DNA from: a virus | Strand: one strand, 5' to 3' | DNA length: 64,000 nucleotides | IMG/VR virus record: IMGVR_UViG_3300029319_000006 | Coordinates: 32,001-96,000 of that record | Part shown: one piece after another, positions 8,291 to 18,038 of the stretch | Layout: every line of letters begins with the position of its first letter | Position numbering within the stretch: position 1 is the stretch's first letter | Translations under genes and position numbers: made by a program | Notes under the pieces: generated by a model | The model's database searches: none | What the model saw: the letters and a program-made list of their open reading frames with translations, nothing else | Told to the model about the DNA's origin: nothing

Positions 8291-9249
8291 TTGAACTCCA
8301 CATTGGCCATTATTTCAGTTAAACATGCTACTGTATTAAGTTCGTGATCTGCTACAAAAGCATCTTTATATTGATAATCCGCTAAAATTAATACTAATTG
8401 AGGAATGCTTTTAGGTACAATAATTTCATTCATATTATCATATAATCCTCTAAAAATAGCAACTGTATCTATATCCATATGATTAACAACCCAAGTTCTC
8501 ATCTTCTTAAAGTCTTTAGCTTTTAAATATTTAGCTAAATCTGTAAAAGTATTAACATTACCAATACTATCTATCGAAGAAATACTACATCCCTTCTGAC
8601 AAAGACTTTGAGCTTGATTAAGTACTCTTCTCCAATCAGGAGCATACTTCATAATGAGATCAGCTGCAGCTTTAGGTTCAGTTTTTACATTCTCTTTGTC
8701 TAATATAGACATAAAGTGTTTATGAAATTGAGCTGCTAGTTGAGCTAAATCTTTTTTAGTTGTATTGAATTCATATGTAGAACATCTTGAATGTAGAGGT
8801 TCTATAATTCTATTTTTAAAATTACATGTAAAAATAAATCTACAATTACTTGCAAACTCTTCGATAAAACCTCTAAGAGCTGGTTGAGTAGATTGTGGGT
8901 TAAGATAGTCAGCCTCATCAAGAATAACTACCTTAACACCACCAGACAAAGATACACTAGAAGCAAACTGTTTTATTTTACCTCTTAGTGTATCAATGTT
9001 ACCTTCCTCTGAGCCATTGATCATTATATAATCCAAGCCGAGTTGCCTACACAATGCTTTTGCAACAGTAGTCTTTCCAGTTCCTGCAGACCCTGTGAAT
9101 AACATATTGGGCAACTCGCCATTATCTACAATTGCTTGAAACACGTTTTTTAACGGAGGAGGAAGAATCGTGTCTTCAATTGTCTGTGGACGATATTTTT
9201 CAACCCAGAGGAAGTGTTCACTTATACTTTTGTTCATAATATCTTTCAT
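8287..9249 (-). CDS. gp44: Clamp loader large subunit gp44 (AAA+)
   Basis: LWVEKYRP, GSAGTGKTT, ILDEADYL, Q.ALR, SRC; true start may be 9237. Confidence 0.97.
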   Translation of the reverse strand: MKDIMNKSISEHFLWVEKYRPQTIEDTILPPPLKNVFQAIVDNGELPNMLFTGSAGTGKTTVAKALCRQLGLDYIMINGSEEGNIDTLRGKIKQFASSVSLSGGVKVVILDEADYLNPQSTQPALRGFIEEFASNCRFIFTCNFKNRIIEPLHSRCSTYEFNTTKKDLAQLAAQFHKHFMSILDKENVKTEPKAAADLIMKYAPDWRRVLNQAQSLCQKGCSISSIDSIGNVNTFTDLAKYLKAKDFKKMRTWVVNHMDIDTVAIFRGLYDNMNEIIVPKSIPQLVLILADYQYKDAFVADHELNTVACLTEIMANVEFK

Positions 9250-9859
9250 AATCTAAAGGAAGATTTACATCTTCATAATCAATATAGTAATCATTATACA
9301 TTATTTTTGATCCAAGTAGCAACGAATAATATTTTGGATTATTTAAATTACTATCCCATGGTGCACCAAAAGCAAATGTAAATTTGGTATTAGTATGAGT
9401 GTTTAACATATAATGTGGCCATCTACCACTCATTATAAATGGTTTATCTATTTCTTCTTTTAAAGATATATCTCCTTGATCTGACATAAAGACTAAATCA
9501 TCTACATTACCTTGTAAAACATATCTAAACTTATGCTGTAATGTTGAAAACATTTCTGGACTACAATCTATGTGTGGAGGATTAGCTTGACCAGGTTTAG
9601 TAGTAATGATCATTATTCTACTTTTGCCTGTGTAAGGAAATACTACATCTTCAGACCATTCTTTTAAAGATGGAAAATCATTAGCATATGGAGTCCATTG
9701 ATAATCAGTCTTGTCAGCTGAATGCATTAAAGGCACATGCCAACAATTACGAAAATCATCTCTTATTATATTTTGATAATCTATATCATTTAGTTTATCT
9801 AAACAATCAAGAGGAGGGTTTTCTATATCTAAAGGTAAATATAGAAGTTTCTCAAACAT
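9218..9859 (-). CDS. 2OG-Fe(II) oxygenase-like protein (Asp/Asn beta-hydroxylase-like)
   Basis: SRIMII..KPG...PPHID and distal WPHYMLN giving an HxD...H triad. Confidence 0.6.
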   Translation of the reverse strand: MFEKLLYLPLDIENPPLDCLDKLNDIDYQNIIRDDFRNCWHVPLMHSADKTDYQWTPYANDFPSLKEWSEDVVFPYTGKSRIMIITTKPGQANPPHIDCSPEMFSTLQHKFRYVLQGNVDDLVFMSDQGDISLKEEIDKPFIMSGRWPHYMLNTHTNTKFTFAFGAPWDSNLNNPKYYSLLLGSKIMYNDYYIDYEDVNLPLDYERYYEQKYK

Positions 9860-10125
9860 TATTTTTGAGGAGCAGGAGGAACCGGTTGAGGTTGTTGAAC
9901 ATTACCACCAGCTTGATCTTGTTGATACTGCTCAGAAATTTGTATGAATTGTACTGCTTGATCTCTTAACTGACCAAGTGTAGACAACTCCTCACCTTTT
10001 ATAGCTCCTCTTTGAACCATTGTATCAATAACAGCTACTGTTGATCTACAGATTCTATTTCCAAGATCATAAGTAGGAGCATGTGATTCATGTGCTAGTT
10101 TTACTTCATCTTCTTTTGCCATCAT
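9859..10125 (-). CDS. Hypothetical protein
   Basis: 88-aa ORF coupled to gp45. Confidence 0.7.
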   Translation of the reverse strand: MMAKEDEVKLAHESHAPTYDLGNRICRSTVAVIDTMVQRGAIKGEELSTLGQLRDQAVQFIQISEQYQQDQAGGNVQQPQPVPPAPQK

Positions 10126-10799
10126 TTATCTCCATGTTTTGATGATTTTTCTAATGCAATCCAATATGTAAGATTGCCTGCTTCGTTAGTAAATTGAGAA
10201 ATAAGTTTCTTTGATATCTTAACTTTATAGTCATCAGATACCATTCTTAGATTAGCTATATTTAGTATGTATTTAAATGACTGATCTTTATAATCTCCAT
10301 CCACTTCTACGCTGTATGTATTAGCTGATGCGTTTTCTGGATCTACAACAGATAACTTAACACACCCTTCAGATGGTTCAATCATAAGTTCGCCATGAGA
10401 AAATATACCAGCTGCTCTTTTGATAGAATTGAGAGTATTAACATCTAAATTAAACCATACATCTTCTTCTGGCATAACTATTGGTTTATTAGGAGTAGTT
10501 AACATTTCAGTATCAGCATAATAATATTTTACTACTTCTCTACCACTTTGACTACTGACATGCATATATGATTGATCTAATTGTATGCGAGGAGTATCTA
10601 CTAGATTCAATACATTGAGAAACTCTTGCAAATCATATATTCCTATCAATGTAGAAAATTTTTCAGGTATAGCTGCCTCCGCTAATATATTTTTAGCTTC
10701 AGATATTGTCATTAGTTTCTGACCAGGTTTGATAACTATATTTGAATTTATACTAGCAAAGTTCTTTAATATATTAACTGTATTAGCACTTATTTCCAT
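10122..10799 (-). CDS. gp45: DNA polymerase sliding clamp gp45
   Basis: T..ILKNFASINS, GIYDLQEFL, YWIALE. Confidence 0.95.
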   Translation of the reverse strand: MEISANTVNILKNFASINSNIVIKPGQKLMTISEAKNILAEAAIPEKFSTLIGIYDLQEFLNVLNLVDTPRIQLDQSYMHVSSQSGREVVKYYYADTEMLTTPNKPIVMPEEDVWFNLDVNTLNSIKRAAGIFSHGELMIEPSEGCVKLSVVDPENASANTYSVEVDGDYKDQSFKYILNIANLRMVSDDYKVKISKKLISQFTNEAGNLTYWIALEKSSKHGDK

Positions 10800-12511
10800 T
10801 ATTTTATCCTACTAAAATTTTTGTGTTTCATCATTTCTATTTTATGAGCAAACTTACCATCAAGTAAATCACCTTTGTGAGATATAATAAAAACATTTGT
10901 ATCATCTTTAAGAGTATAAATGATTTTCATAAGATTGTCAACACCTTCGTGATCTAGTGATGAATCAAATGTTTCATCCAGAATTAATAAGTTAGTTGCT
11001 ACACTATGTTTCATCTTAGCTATCTGACGCCAGGTGAAAAGTAATGCTAAGTCTATACGTTGTTTTTCCCCTTCTGAGAACGAATCATATGTGAAGTTAT
11101 CTCTAAACCGTGATTTGATAGTTTCTTGAAAAGTTTCATCTAAATTAAACGATACAAAGAAATCTAATATTTGTAAATATTGATTACACAGTTTATTAAT
11201 AACAGGCAAGTATTGTTTTATTATTTTTGTTTTTATGCCTGTATCTCTAAGCATTTGAGATATTACTTGATCATAATTGTATTGTTCATTAAGAACTAAT
11301 TTTTGTTCTATTAAGTCTTTATCGGCTGTTTGTAATTCTTCTAGTTCAGATTTAGCTGATTCCATATCAGCTGATTGTCCAATATTTTCTATTTCAGATA
11401 ATGTTCTGTTAATATAAGATTGATATTGGTCTATAGATTGATTGTTAGCATGTAAATCTGATTGATATTGTCTAATAATTTTTAATTCTTGTTCTAACGA
11501 ATCTAAATTATCTTGTTTATTATTCAGGTTATTATCAGCTTTAGTCATAGCTTCTTGTAAGTCTTTAGCTTTATTTTTTCCTGTTTCAATACGCTGATTC
11601 TTTACCTCTATTGTTATAGACTGATCACAAGTGGGACATATGTCATTATCTTCAAAAAACTTTACTTCTTTTACTATCTTATTAACTTGTGTAGAAAACT
11701 TTGTTTTGTAAGTATTAAGTTGAGATATAGCTGATTGTGTTTGAGTTATTTGTGTTTCTGTAGTTTCTAAATTGTCATCTATTTTTTTAGATAGTTCATT
11801 GTTGGTTGACTGTATCTTTTCTATCTCTTGTCTATATTCTTCAATCTGATTTTGCTTTTCTACTTTAGCTTCTTTGTTAAGAGCTTCTATATCTTTAATA
11901 TATTTTTTTTGTGATATTATTTTAGTTTTAGCTACTTCAATATTATGAGATATATTTCTTATTTGTTCTTTTAATGCAGATACTTTCTCTTTCAGTAAAG
12001 AATTCATTTTACTGAATACATTAATGTCCAGAAGATCCTCAATCACATCTCTCCTATGTTGTGCTGAGAGTTGCATGAAGGGAATGAAGGAGGAGGACCC
12101 TAGCACAACAATCTGATGGAAACTTTTATGGTTAAGTTTCAGGATATTGCTTTCAAGAATCTTCTGGTACTCTTTGGCATGTGAATTCTGATTCAGCATC
12201 ACATCACCTTTCCAAATTTCAAAAAGATTAGGTTTTATACCTCTCACTATTTTGAAATCTGAACCCATTACGTTAAATTCTACTATTACTTTTGTACCTT
12301 TGTTATTAATACTATTAACCAGTTGAGCTTTGGATATATTTCTATGAGCTCTACCAAATAATGCAAAGGCTAAAGCATCTAACATAGTAGATTTACCGGA
12401 ACCATTATGACCTATTACTAACGTAGTAGGATGACTAACGAAGTCAATCTCAGACCAATTATTTCCTGTAGAAAGGAAATTTTTCCACTTCAACGATTTG
12501 AATGTAATCAT
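10799..12511 (-). CDS. gp46: Recombination endonuclease subunit gp46 (Rad50/SbcC-like)
   Basis: WKNFLS, GHNGSGKST, Zn hook CPTC, FSEGEKQRIDLA, LDE, ISH. Confidence 0.97.
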   Translation of the reverse strand: MITFKSLKWKNFLSTGNNWSEIDFVSHPTTLVIGHNGSGKSTMLDALAFALFGRAHRNISKAQLVNSINNKGTKVIVEFNVMGSDFKIVRGIKPNLFEIWKGDVMLNQNSHAKEYQKILESNILKLNHKSFHQIVVLGSSSFIPFMQLSAQHRRDVIEDLLDINVFSKMNSLLKEKVSALKEQIRNISHNIEVAKTKIISQKKYIKDIEALNKEAKVEKQNQIEEYRQEIEKIQSTNNELSKKIDDNLETTETQITQTQSAISQLNTYKTKFSTQVNKIVKEVKFFEDNDICPTCDQSITIEVKNQRIETGKNKAKDLQEAMTKADNNLNNKQDNLDSLEQELKIIRQYQSDLHANNQSIDQYQSYINRTLSEIENIGQSADMESAKSELEELQTADKDLIEQKLVLNEQYNYDQVISQMLRDTGIKTKIIKQYLPVINKLCNQYLQILDFFVSFNLDETFQETIKSRFRDNFTYDSFSEGEKQRIDLALLFTWRQIAKMKHSVATNLLILDETFDSSLDHEGVDNLMKIIYTLKDDTNVFIISHKGDLLDGKFAHKIEMMKHKNFSRIK

Positions 12512-13569
12512 GCTATTTCTAAAGTCTGAGCTTCTGTCATTAAATCAGATACTTGTTTTTTAATACGATCTTTATCCAGATCAGTATCAACAGCATCTAT
12601 ATAACTATACAACAAACTTGAAGTATCCTCAACAGATATTTCACCATCATCTACATTTTCTCCTAAAAATTCATTAAAATTTTCAGCTATTTTTAATTCT
12701 AATATGTCTCTATTTTGTACACGATCAATAAACTTATCAAATACAAAGGAATCTTTTTTATTGATTACTACTACTTTTACAAACTTACCGTCAATATTAT
12801 CAAGATTATAATGAAGATAATCTTGTTGGGAATCATCATATATTATTCTATGAAATAACGTATGAGGATTTTTGATCGCTGTAAGTTCTCTTGTAGCAGT
12901 ATCTAAAATATGAAAATGTTTATCATCATGTGCATCATTCCAAAAAAACTCCATTTGAGAACCTAAGTAGAATATATTACCATCTTGAGATTTTACATGA
13001 AAATGACCAGATAATACTCTTTCGAATCTTTTAAATAAATCTTTTTCTAAACCATGTTCATTTTTCATACCTCTTAACATTTCAAAACCTTTTATTTCAA
13101 AATGTCCAGCTAACCAATCACACTTAGCATTGTTTATGAAATCCATACATTGTTTTTCATTTTCTGAATCAATCCAAGGTACTAATCCTAAATTAAAACC
13201 ATCATAGTCCATAACTTTTGGTTCTTGGACAATAGTTATTTCATTCATGTAATGACCAAGCAATTCTTTTAGAGAATTTATATCACCAGTATTTTTATAA
13301 TAGGTGTCGTGATTGCCACGAATAATATCCATGTGGATACCGTGCTGTCGTAACGGTTTAAGAAATGAATACCTGTTACGATTAAGAGCCCTGAAATTAA
13401 TGAATTTTCGATTGTCATAATAATCACCAAGGTGCAAGATATGGCTAATATTGTTTTCCAAAAGATAAGGAAAAAATACATCAGAATAAAATTTCTCTGC
13501 GTTATCGATAAATATGTCGCTGCTATTGCGAATGCCACAGTGGGTATCATTGATTATTGCTACTTTCAT
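12508..13569 (-). CDS. gp47: Recombination endonuclease subunit gp47 (Mre11/SbcD-like)
   Basis: DTH, HLGDYYD, GNHD, GHF, SGHFH metallophosphoesterase motifs. Confidence 0.96.
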   Translation of the reverse strand: MKVAIINDTHCGIRNSSDIFIDNAEKFYSDVFFPYLLENNISHILHLGDYYDNRKFINFRALNRNRYSFLKPLRQHGIHMDIIRGNHDTYYKNTGDINSLKELLGHYMNEITIVQEPKVMDYDGFNLGLVPWIDSENEKQCMDFINNAKCDWLAGHFEIKGFEMLRGMKNEHGLEKDLFKRFERVLSGHFHVKSQDGNIFYLGSQMEFFWNDAHDDKHFHILDTATRELTAIKNPHTLFHRIIYDDSQQDYLHYNLDNIDGKFVKVVVINKKDSFVFDKFIDRVQNRDILELKIAENFNEFLGENVDDGEISVEDTSSLLYSYIDAVDTDLDKDRIKKQVSDLMTEAQTLEIA

Positions 13570-13656
13570 TTATATGTTTGCCCAAACAACTGTAACTGTA
13601 AGTATTACTAATGTTACTACAGCTACTGATAATAATATTACTGGAAAATGTTTCAT
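13570..13656 (-). CDS. 28-aa single-transmembrane microprotein (not in ORF track)
   Basis: MKHFPVILLSVAVVTLVILTVTVVWANI; TAATG overlap with gp55 stop and stop directly abutting gp47 ATG. Confidence 0.6.
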   Translation of the reverse strand: MKHFPVILLSVAVVTLVILTVTVVWANI

Positions 13657-14252
13657 TATAAAAACTCACTCAAATCTGAATCTGCTATACTAGATCTTTT
13701 CATTCTTTTTTGTTTACGTTTTTCTTCTTCCATAAACACTTTAAATTCTGTATCTTTTGCCTTTACATCATCTATCCTATTCTTCAAAGTGTCAACAAAA
13801 TTTCTTACTACTGTATTAGATGTACCATCTCCACTTGGATCATCTATATATTCTTCTATGCCAGAAGATTTTATATATTTCATTTTAATATCTTGTTGTT
13901 TCTTTTCTTTTGCTATACGTCGTAAAAAAGCATACCAAGATATTTGTGTGAAATAAGCAAAGGCATTTGGATTACCAGTTCTTGTAGCTGCTTCAATATT
14001 ATAATTTTTTATAGCCTTCAAACAGTTTTCAATAGCATCCATAACCATTTCTTCTCTATACGTATATCGTATAAAGTTAGATTTATAAGATAATCCTTCA
14101 GCAATCTTTAAAAAACATTTAGCTATGTAATCTGGAACAATAGGAAGCTGTTCATTATTATTTTTAGATTGTTCTACAGTGACACAATAATCAACTACAG
14201 CTTGTGAAAATTCTTTATTATTTACATAATGTTTGTTTTGAGTCTTTGCCAT
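13656..14252 (-). CDS. gp55: Late transcription sigma factor gp55
   Basis: HYVNNKEF, NFIRYTYREEM..DAIEN, NAFAYFTQI...AF.RRI.KEKKQ, acidic C-tail LSEFL. Confidence 0.96.
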   Translation of the reverse strand: MAKTQNKHYVNNKEFSQAVVDYCVTVEQSKNNNEQLPIVPDYIAKCFLKIAEGLSYKSNFIRYTYREEMVMDAIENCLKAIKNYNIEAATRTGNPNAFAYFTQISWYAFLRRIAKEKKQQDIKMKYIKSSGIEEYIDDPSGDGTSNTVVRNFVDTLKNRIDDVKAKDTEFKVFMEEEKRKQKRMKRSSIADSDLSEFL

Positions 14253-14272
14253 AATATACCTCAGTTTATAAT

Positions 14273-14301
14273 ATTATACTACAATTATTACTTACAGTCC
14301 A
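14273..14301 (-). promoter_or_regulatory. Sigma70-type promoter for gp55
   Basis: TGGACT-17bp-TATAAT on minus strand, GAGG RBS downstream. Confidence 0.55.
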
Positions 14302-14315
14302 CAATAAAATAGTTG

Positions 14316-14344
14316 TTGACCAATTACATTTTTTGGTGGATAAT
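14316..14344 (+). promoter_or_regulatory. Divergent sigma70-type promoter (antisense, no ORF)
   Basis: TTGACC-17bp-GATAAT on plus strand. Confidence 0.45.
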
Positions 14345-14372
14345 AAGACACCAGTCTTCGAGGGCAGTATAT

Positions 14373-14831
14373 CTAGTGAAGGGTTGGTTTTTTTGGATAT
14401 AATGTAACTACATTACTATGTTCATCAATAAAATCTTCTTCTAGATCTTCTTCATTAACTGTAATCTCTGGACTATTTTTTTTATTTAGTTTTTGTGTAA
14501 GTTTGTTAATTTTTTCAACAACTTCTTTTTCTGACATTTCTGATTCTTTGACAGCAGAATGATAATGTTTTAATACAGGAACTGATGGATTTGCTTCTCC
14601 TATAATTGACATAGCATTAAGTGCTATTAAATTATCAGGTCCTTCAGCAACTGTCATCCATGGTTTCATAGCATAGTATCTTGTATAATCTGGACCAAGA
14701 ACACAAGTTATTGCATATGCTCTTCTAATCAAAAGATCTTGATATTCTTCACTAGCCCATTCTATAATTTCACAAACTATTTCATCACCACTATTTAATT
14801 TAAATTGTTTGATTTCTTGTTTATTACTCAT
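14373..14831 (-). CDS. Conserved T4-like hypothetical protein (Sm-like fold) between uvsW and gp55
   Basis: FKL.SGDEIVC N-terminal motif, MKPW, TLH C-terminus; synteny. Confidence 0.65.
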   Translation of the reverse strand: MSNKQEIKQFKLNSGDEIVCEIIEWASEEYQDLLIRRAYAITCVLGPDYTRYYAMKPWMTVAEGPDNLIALNAMSIIGEANPSVPVLKHYHSAVKESEMSEKEVVEKINKLTQKLNKKNSPEITVNEEDLEEDFIDEHSNVVTLYPKKPTLH

Positions 14832-16311
14832 TAAGATCCACCACTATTACTTTATACTTGAATTGTTCTCTCTTATATATCTTTAATCTTTCCGCACTAT
14901 GTAACAAAGTATAATTTTGTCGTTTTTTCCAATGTAAGTCATCTGCTATATCAAATAACTTAGTTGGTTTATCATCATCAGATTTTCTTAATCCTCTACC
15001 AATTGATTGTAACACTCTTATTTGAGACTTTGAAGGACTAGCAAAAATAATATTATGCAAATTCCTAATATTGACGCCAGTACTGAAAGTCCCCAAAGAA
15101 GCAACAATAATTGCATTTTTTTGTTTTTCTACTATTCCTCTAATAGCTTCTCTATCAGATGTTGGTACTTCTCCAGAAACAAAGAATGCTTTTCTATTCT
15201 TTTTCTTATTATTATTTATAAGATCAAATAAAATTTTACCGTGTGACTCAACTCTTGAATATAGTACTAATGTATTACCATCACATTGTAAAGCTAAATT
15301 CTGAATAAATTTATTTCTGTTTTTATGTGTAATAATATAATTAATTTCATCTTGATATACTTGCTTACCAAAATTTTGTCTGATATTTTTATCGTAATTC
15401 AATAATAATATTTTTATATCAAGAGGAGCTAATGTATCATTATCTTGTAATTCTTTGGTACTTATAGCTTTAAAAACTGGACCAAATAATCCTTCTAATA
15501 CTAATTTATGTGTTAAAGTTCCATCCAATGTTCCAGTAGTACCAAATCTATATTTGGCTTCAGTAGCTTTATTCATAATGGAAGATAATGATTTGGATTT
15601 AAAACCGTGACATTCATCTCCAAAAACCATTCCAAATTGTTCAAACCATTTTTTTGGTAGTTTATATATTGATTGCCATGTAGATATAATTACTCTTTTT
15701 TCAGTTATTTTATCCTTACCAGAATATATTTTATGAACATCTTTTTCTACATCCATTTCATAATCTTTAAAATCATTATACATCTGTTCTACTAATCCAG
15801 TAGTTGGAACAATAATCAAAACTTTTGATGGTTTTCCATTTTTATCTTCATTTATTATTTCAAGATAGTATTTCATAATAACATAAATTATGTATGATTT
15901 ACCTGATCCTGTAGGAGATAATATAATAGCTCTGTTTCTACTTAAAGCTAACTTAATAGCTTCTTCTTGATAATTTCTTAGAGGGAGAGGAAGATTAAAA
16001 TCAAAATCAAATATAACATCATTACCAAGTGGAGCACCATAATCAGTTTCTTTGGTTTCAATGACATAACTTCTATCTTTTGCAAATTTTTTTAAATTTA
16101 ACCATAAACCAGCATTAAGTTCACCAGTCATGCGATTAAATAATTTTATTTTACCATCCCACACTTTATGTTTGTAAGCTGGCATAAATTTATAACCTGG
16201 AACATAAAATGAAAAGTATTCACTAAGTTCAGCTCCTAGTCCAGGCTCTACATCTATTTTCAACATACTTTGATCTTTAAGACCACATACTATATCAGCC
16301 GCCAGCTTCAA
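14824..16311 (-). CDS. uvsW: RNA-DNA/DNA helicase UvsW
   Basis: WDGKI, LRNYQ, SPTGSGKS, DECH, TGT, STGVNI, LQSIGRGLR. Confidence 0.96.
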   Translation of the reverse strand: MKLAADIVCGLKDQSMLKIDVEPGLGAELSEYFSFYVPGYKFMPAYKHKVWDGKIKLFNRMTGELNAGLWLNLKKFAKDRSYVIETKETDYGAPLGNDVIFDFDFNLPLPLRNYQEEAIKLALSRNRAIILSPTGSGKSYIIYVIMKYYLEIINEDKNGKPSKVLIIVPTTGLVEQMYNDFKDYEMDVEKDVHKIYSGKDKITEKRVIISTWQSIYKLPKKWFEQFGMVFGDECHGFKSKSLSSIMNKATEAKYRFGTTGTLDGTLTHKLVLEGLFGPVFKAISTKELQDNDTLAPLDIKILLLNYDKNIRQNFGKQVYQDEINYIITHKNRNKFIQNLALQCDGNTLVLYSRVESHGKILFDLINNNKKKNRKAFFVSGEVPTSDREAIRGIVEKQKNAIIVASLGTFSTGVNIRNLHNIIFASPSKSQIRVLQSIGRGLRKSDDDKPTKLFDIADDLHWKKRQNYTLLHSAERLKIYKREQFKYKVIVVDLNE

Positions 16312-16738
16312 ATACTTTCCACCTTATCATATTACCAACAGTTTGATGTCTCCAATTAAGATTATTTACAATCTCATTTAATGTATCTATCATAGTTTTT
16401 AAGTACTGTATTTTCAATTCTGATTCTTGTATCTCTTTATCTGAATCATAATAATAATCCATTTCACCTTTCATTATTTTAAGTCCATCTAAAGGATCAT
16501 AGCTCCATCCAAGTTTATCTATTTGTTCCTGTGACATTTTACCATTGTACCATAACCATTTATCTTTTAACAAAGATTTTTGATTCATTTCTTGTTTTTT
16601 TAATTTAAGTTTAGCATTGGTTAGTAGTGCCAAATATTTTGCATGCAATGCAGGAGTCTGCCTTGATACTTCATCTAAATTACTATTGGGTAGTTTGGAG
16701 TCAGTTTCCCACTGCTCCAGGATCTGTTCTAATGTCAT
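16295..16738 (-). CDS. uvsY: Recombination mediator UvsY
   Basis: W..D, P.LHAKYL, W.NGK, I.W..FEAG; upstream of uvsW. Confidence 0.9.
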   Translation of the reverse strand: MTLEQILEQWETDSKLPNSNLDEVSRQTPALHAKYLALLTNAKLKLKKQEMNQKSLLKDKWLWYNGKMSQEQIDKLGWSYDPLDGLKIMKGEMDYYYDSDKEIQESELKIQYLKTMIDTLNEIVNNLNWRHQTVGNMIRWKVFEAGG

Positions 16739-16749
16739 TATATACTCCG

Positions 16750-17301
16750 TTATTTCAATTCAAAAGTAGAGAATCTAAACGTAGCTGGAAAAGTAATAAA
16801 TTGTACATCTCCACTAGTAGATTCTAAAGTCATATCTCCTAAGCTAGTTGGTATGGCATCATTATATTTTATAGTTCTTATTTTATTATTATGACTACTA
16901 AGAATAGACAAAGTCATATCACAATAAGTGGGTGGTTTAGTAGTATCTCTTTTTGTAGGTACCCTGTCAGGTGTTTGTACTATTCTTTGCATCCAATTGT
17001 ACATTTCTGTATATGAGTTTAAATTTTCATCCACTATTATTATAACTGTTAATTCAGTAAATGTCAACTTATCAGCTGCAAAAGGAACAGTAGCTATTCT
17101 TCTGAAAGGAACTTCAATTGAATTGGAACTAAGAGATGGATGTAATACAGTCTGACAAAAAAATTGTAGATTAGAAAAATGTTTTCTATCTATTGAAAGT
17201 TGAAAAGAAGTAGGTTGTAAAAAATTTAAATTATTTAAACCAGTACTACTATTTAATGTATCATCTACAGAAACTGTAAGATTAGGATTTAATGTAGGCA
17301 T
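16750..17301 (-). CDS. gp3: Tail completion/sheath stabiliser gp3
   Basis: NFLQPTSF, FFCQ...P, VDENLNSY.E...W, DMTL.ILSS, P.SLG. Confidence 0.85.
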   Translation of the reverse strand: MPTLNPNLTVSVDDTLNSSTGLNNLNFLQPTSFQLSIDRKHFSNLQFFCQTVLHPSLSSNSIEVPFRRIATVPFAADKLTFTELTVIIIVDENLNSYTEMYNWMQRIVQTPDRVPTKRDTTKPPTYCDMTLSILSSHNNKIRTIKYNDAIPTSLGDMTLESTSGDVQFITFPATFRFSTFELK

Positions 17302-17324
17302 TTTTTTCCTTCTAAATTACCTAC

Positions 17325-17332
17325 TATTTATA
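17325..17332 (-). promoter_or_regulatory. T4-type late promoter TATAAATA
   Basis: Exact motif about 24 nt upstream of gp3. Confidence 0.8.
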
Positions 17333-17365
17333 TAAAAAAAATATACTTTTTTTGCAAAATAACTG

Positions 17366-17394
17366 TTGACTTTTGTTTAACTTTATGGTATAAA
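17366..17394 (+). promoter_or_regulatory. Early sigma70-type promoter
   Basis: TTGACT-17bp-TATAAA with TGn extended -10 and upstream A/T tracts; AGGAG RBS at 17412-17416. Confidence 0.8.
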
Positions 17395-17426
17395 GGTATT
17401 ATAAGTTATGAAGGAGAATATAAATT

Positions 17427-17702
17427 ATGATTAATTATGTAACAGGAAATGAATACACAGGAAGAAATGCAGCTACTTTAGAAGAGGCTGGTTTTGACTA
17501 CGAAGATGCATTCGTTACTTTCAAACAAGCTATCAAATTAGATGGCATTTCTGGAAAAGCTCTTAAAGGTATTAAGAAAGCTGCTTCTTTAGTTAGATTC
17601 TCTAAGACAGAGAAAGTAGAAGAAGATGGTAAAATGGTTGCTAAACCAATTTACTTTTCAGTTTTTGATATTAAAGAAGTTTTAGCAAGGAGGGTTTCAT
17701 AA
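17427..17702 (+). CDS. Stand-alone ArdC N-terminal-like ssDNA-binding domain protein
   Basis: N..TG..Y.G.N...L, F.TFKQ, KG.K, Y..VF pattern of ArdC-N/DUF1738; own promoter and RBS. Confidence 0.65.
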   Translation: MINYVTGNEYTGRNAATLEEAGFDYEDAFVTFKQAIKLDGISGKALKGIKKAASLVRFSKTEKVEEDGKMVAKPIYFSVFDIKEVLARRVS

Positions 17703-17923
17703 TGCCAGAGATTGTATTGAAAGATTTTTATGTTAATGGAGCTGTCAGTTTAGATACTATATCTAAATGTGATCTTGATACATTAGCTGAATTATTAGTA
17801 AAAAATCATTCACCACAAGCACATGAGCTATGGTCTGCTCTAGGTGCTCATTTACAGGATCATTTTGAATATGGTAATTCTACTTGGGGTGAATTTGCAG
17901 AAGAAGGATTAGATACACTATGA
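17702..17923 (+). CDS. Hypothetical acidic protein
   Basis: TAATG-coupled to previous ORF, GGAGG RBS. Confidence 0.65.
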   Translation: MPEIVLKDFYVNGAVSLDTISKCDLDTLAELLVKNHSPQAHELWSALGAHLQDHFEYGNSTWGEFAEEGLDTL

Positions 17924-17975
17924 ATTAATTAATTACAGGCCCTGTTCGCCACTTACCCATTCTTGGATAGACACC

Positions 17976-18001
17976 AAAAAAAGAGCCGCTTTCGCGGCTC
18001 T
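17976..18001 (-). terminator. Rho-independent terminator after gp23, possibly bidirectional
   Basis: AGAGCCGC-GAAA-GCGGCTCT followed by a T-run on the minus strand. Confidence 0.9.
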
Positions 18002-18038
18002 CTTCGTTTTTATGTAGGGTTTATTCCCTATCTTTTTA

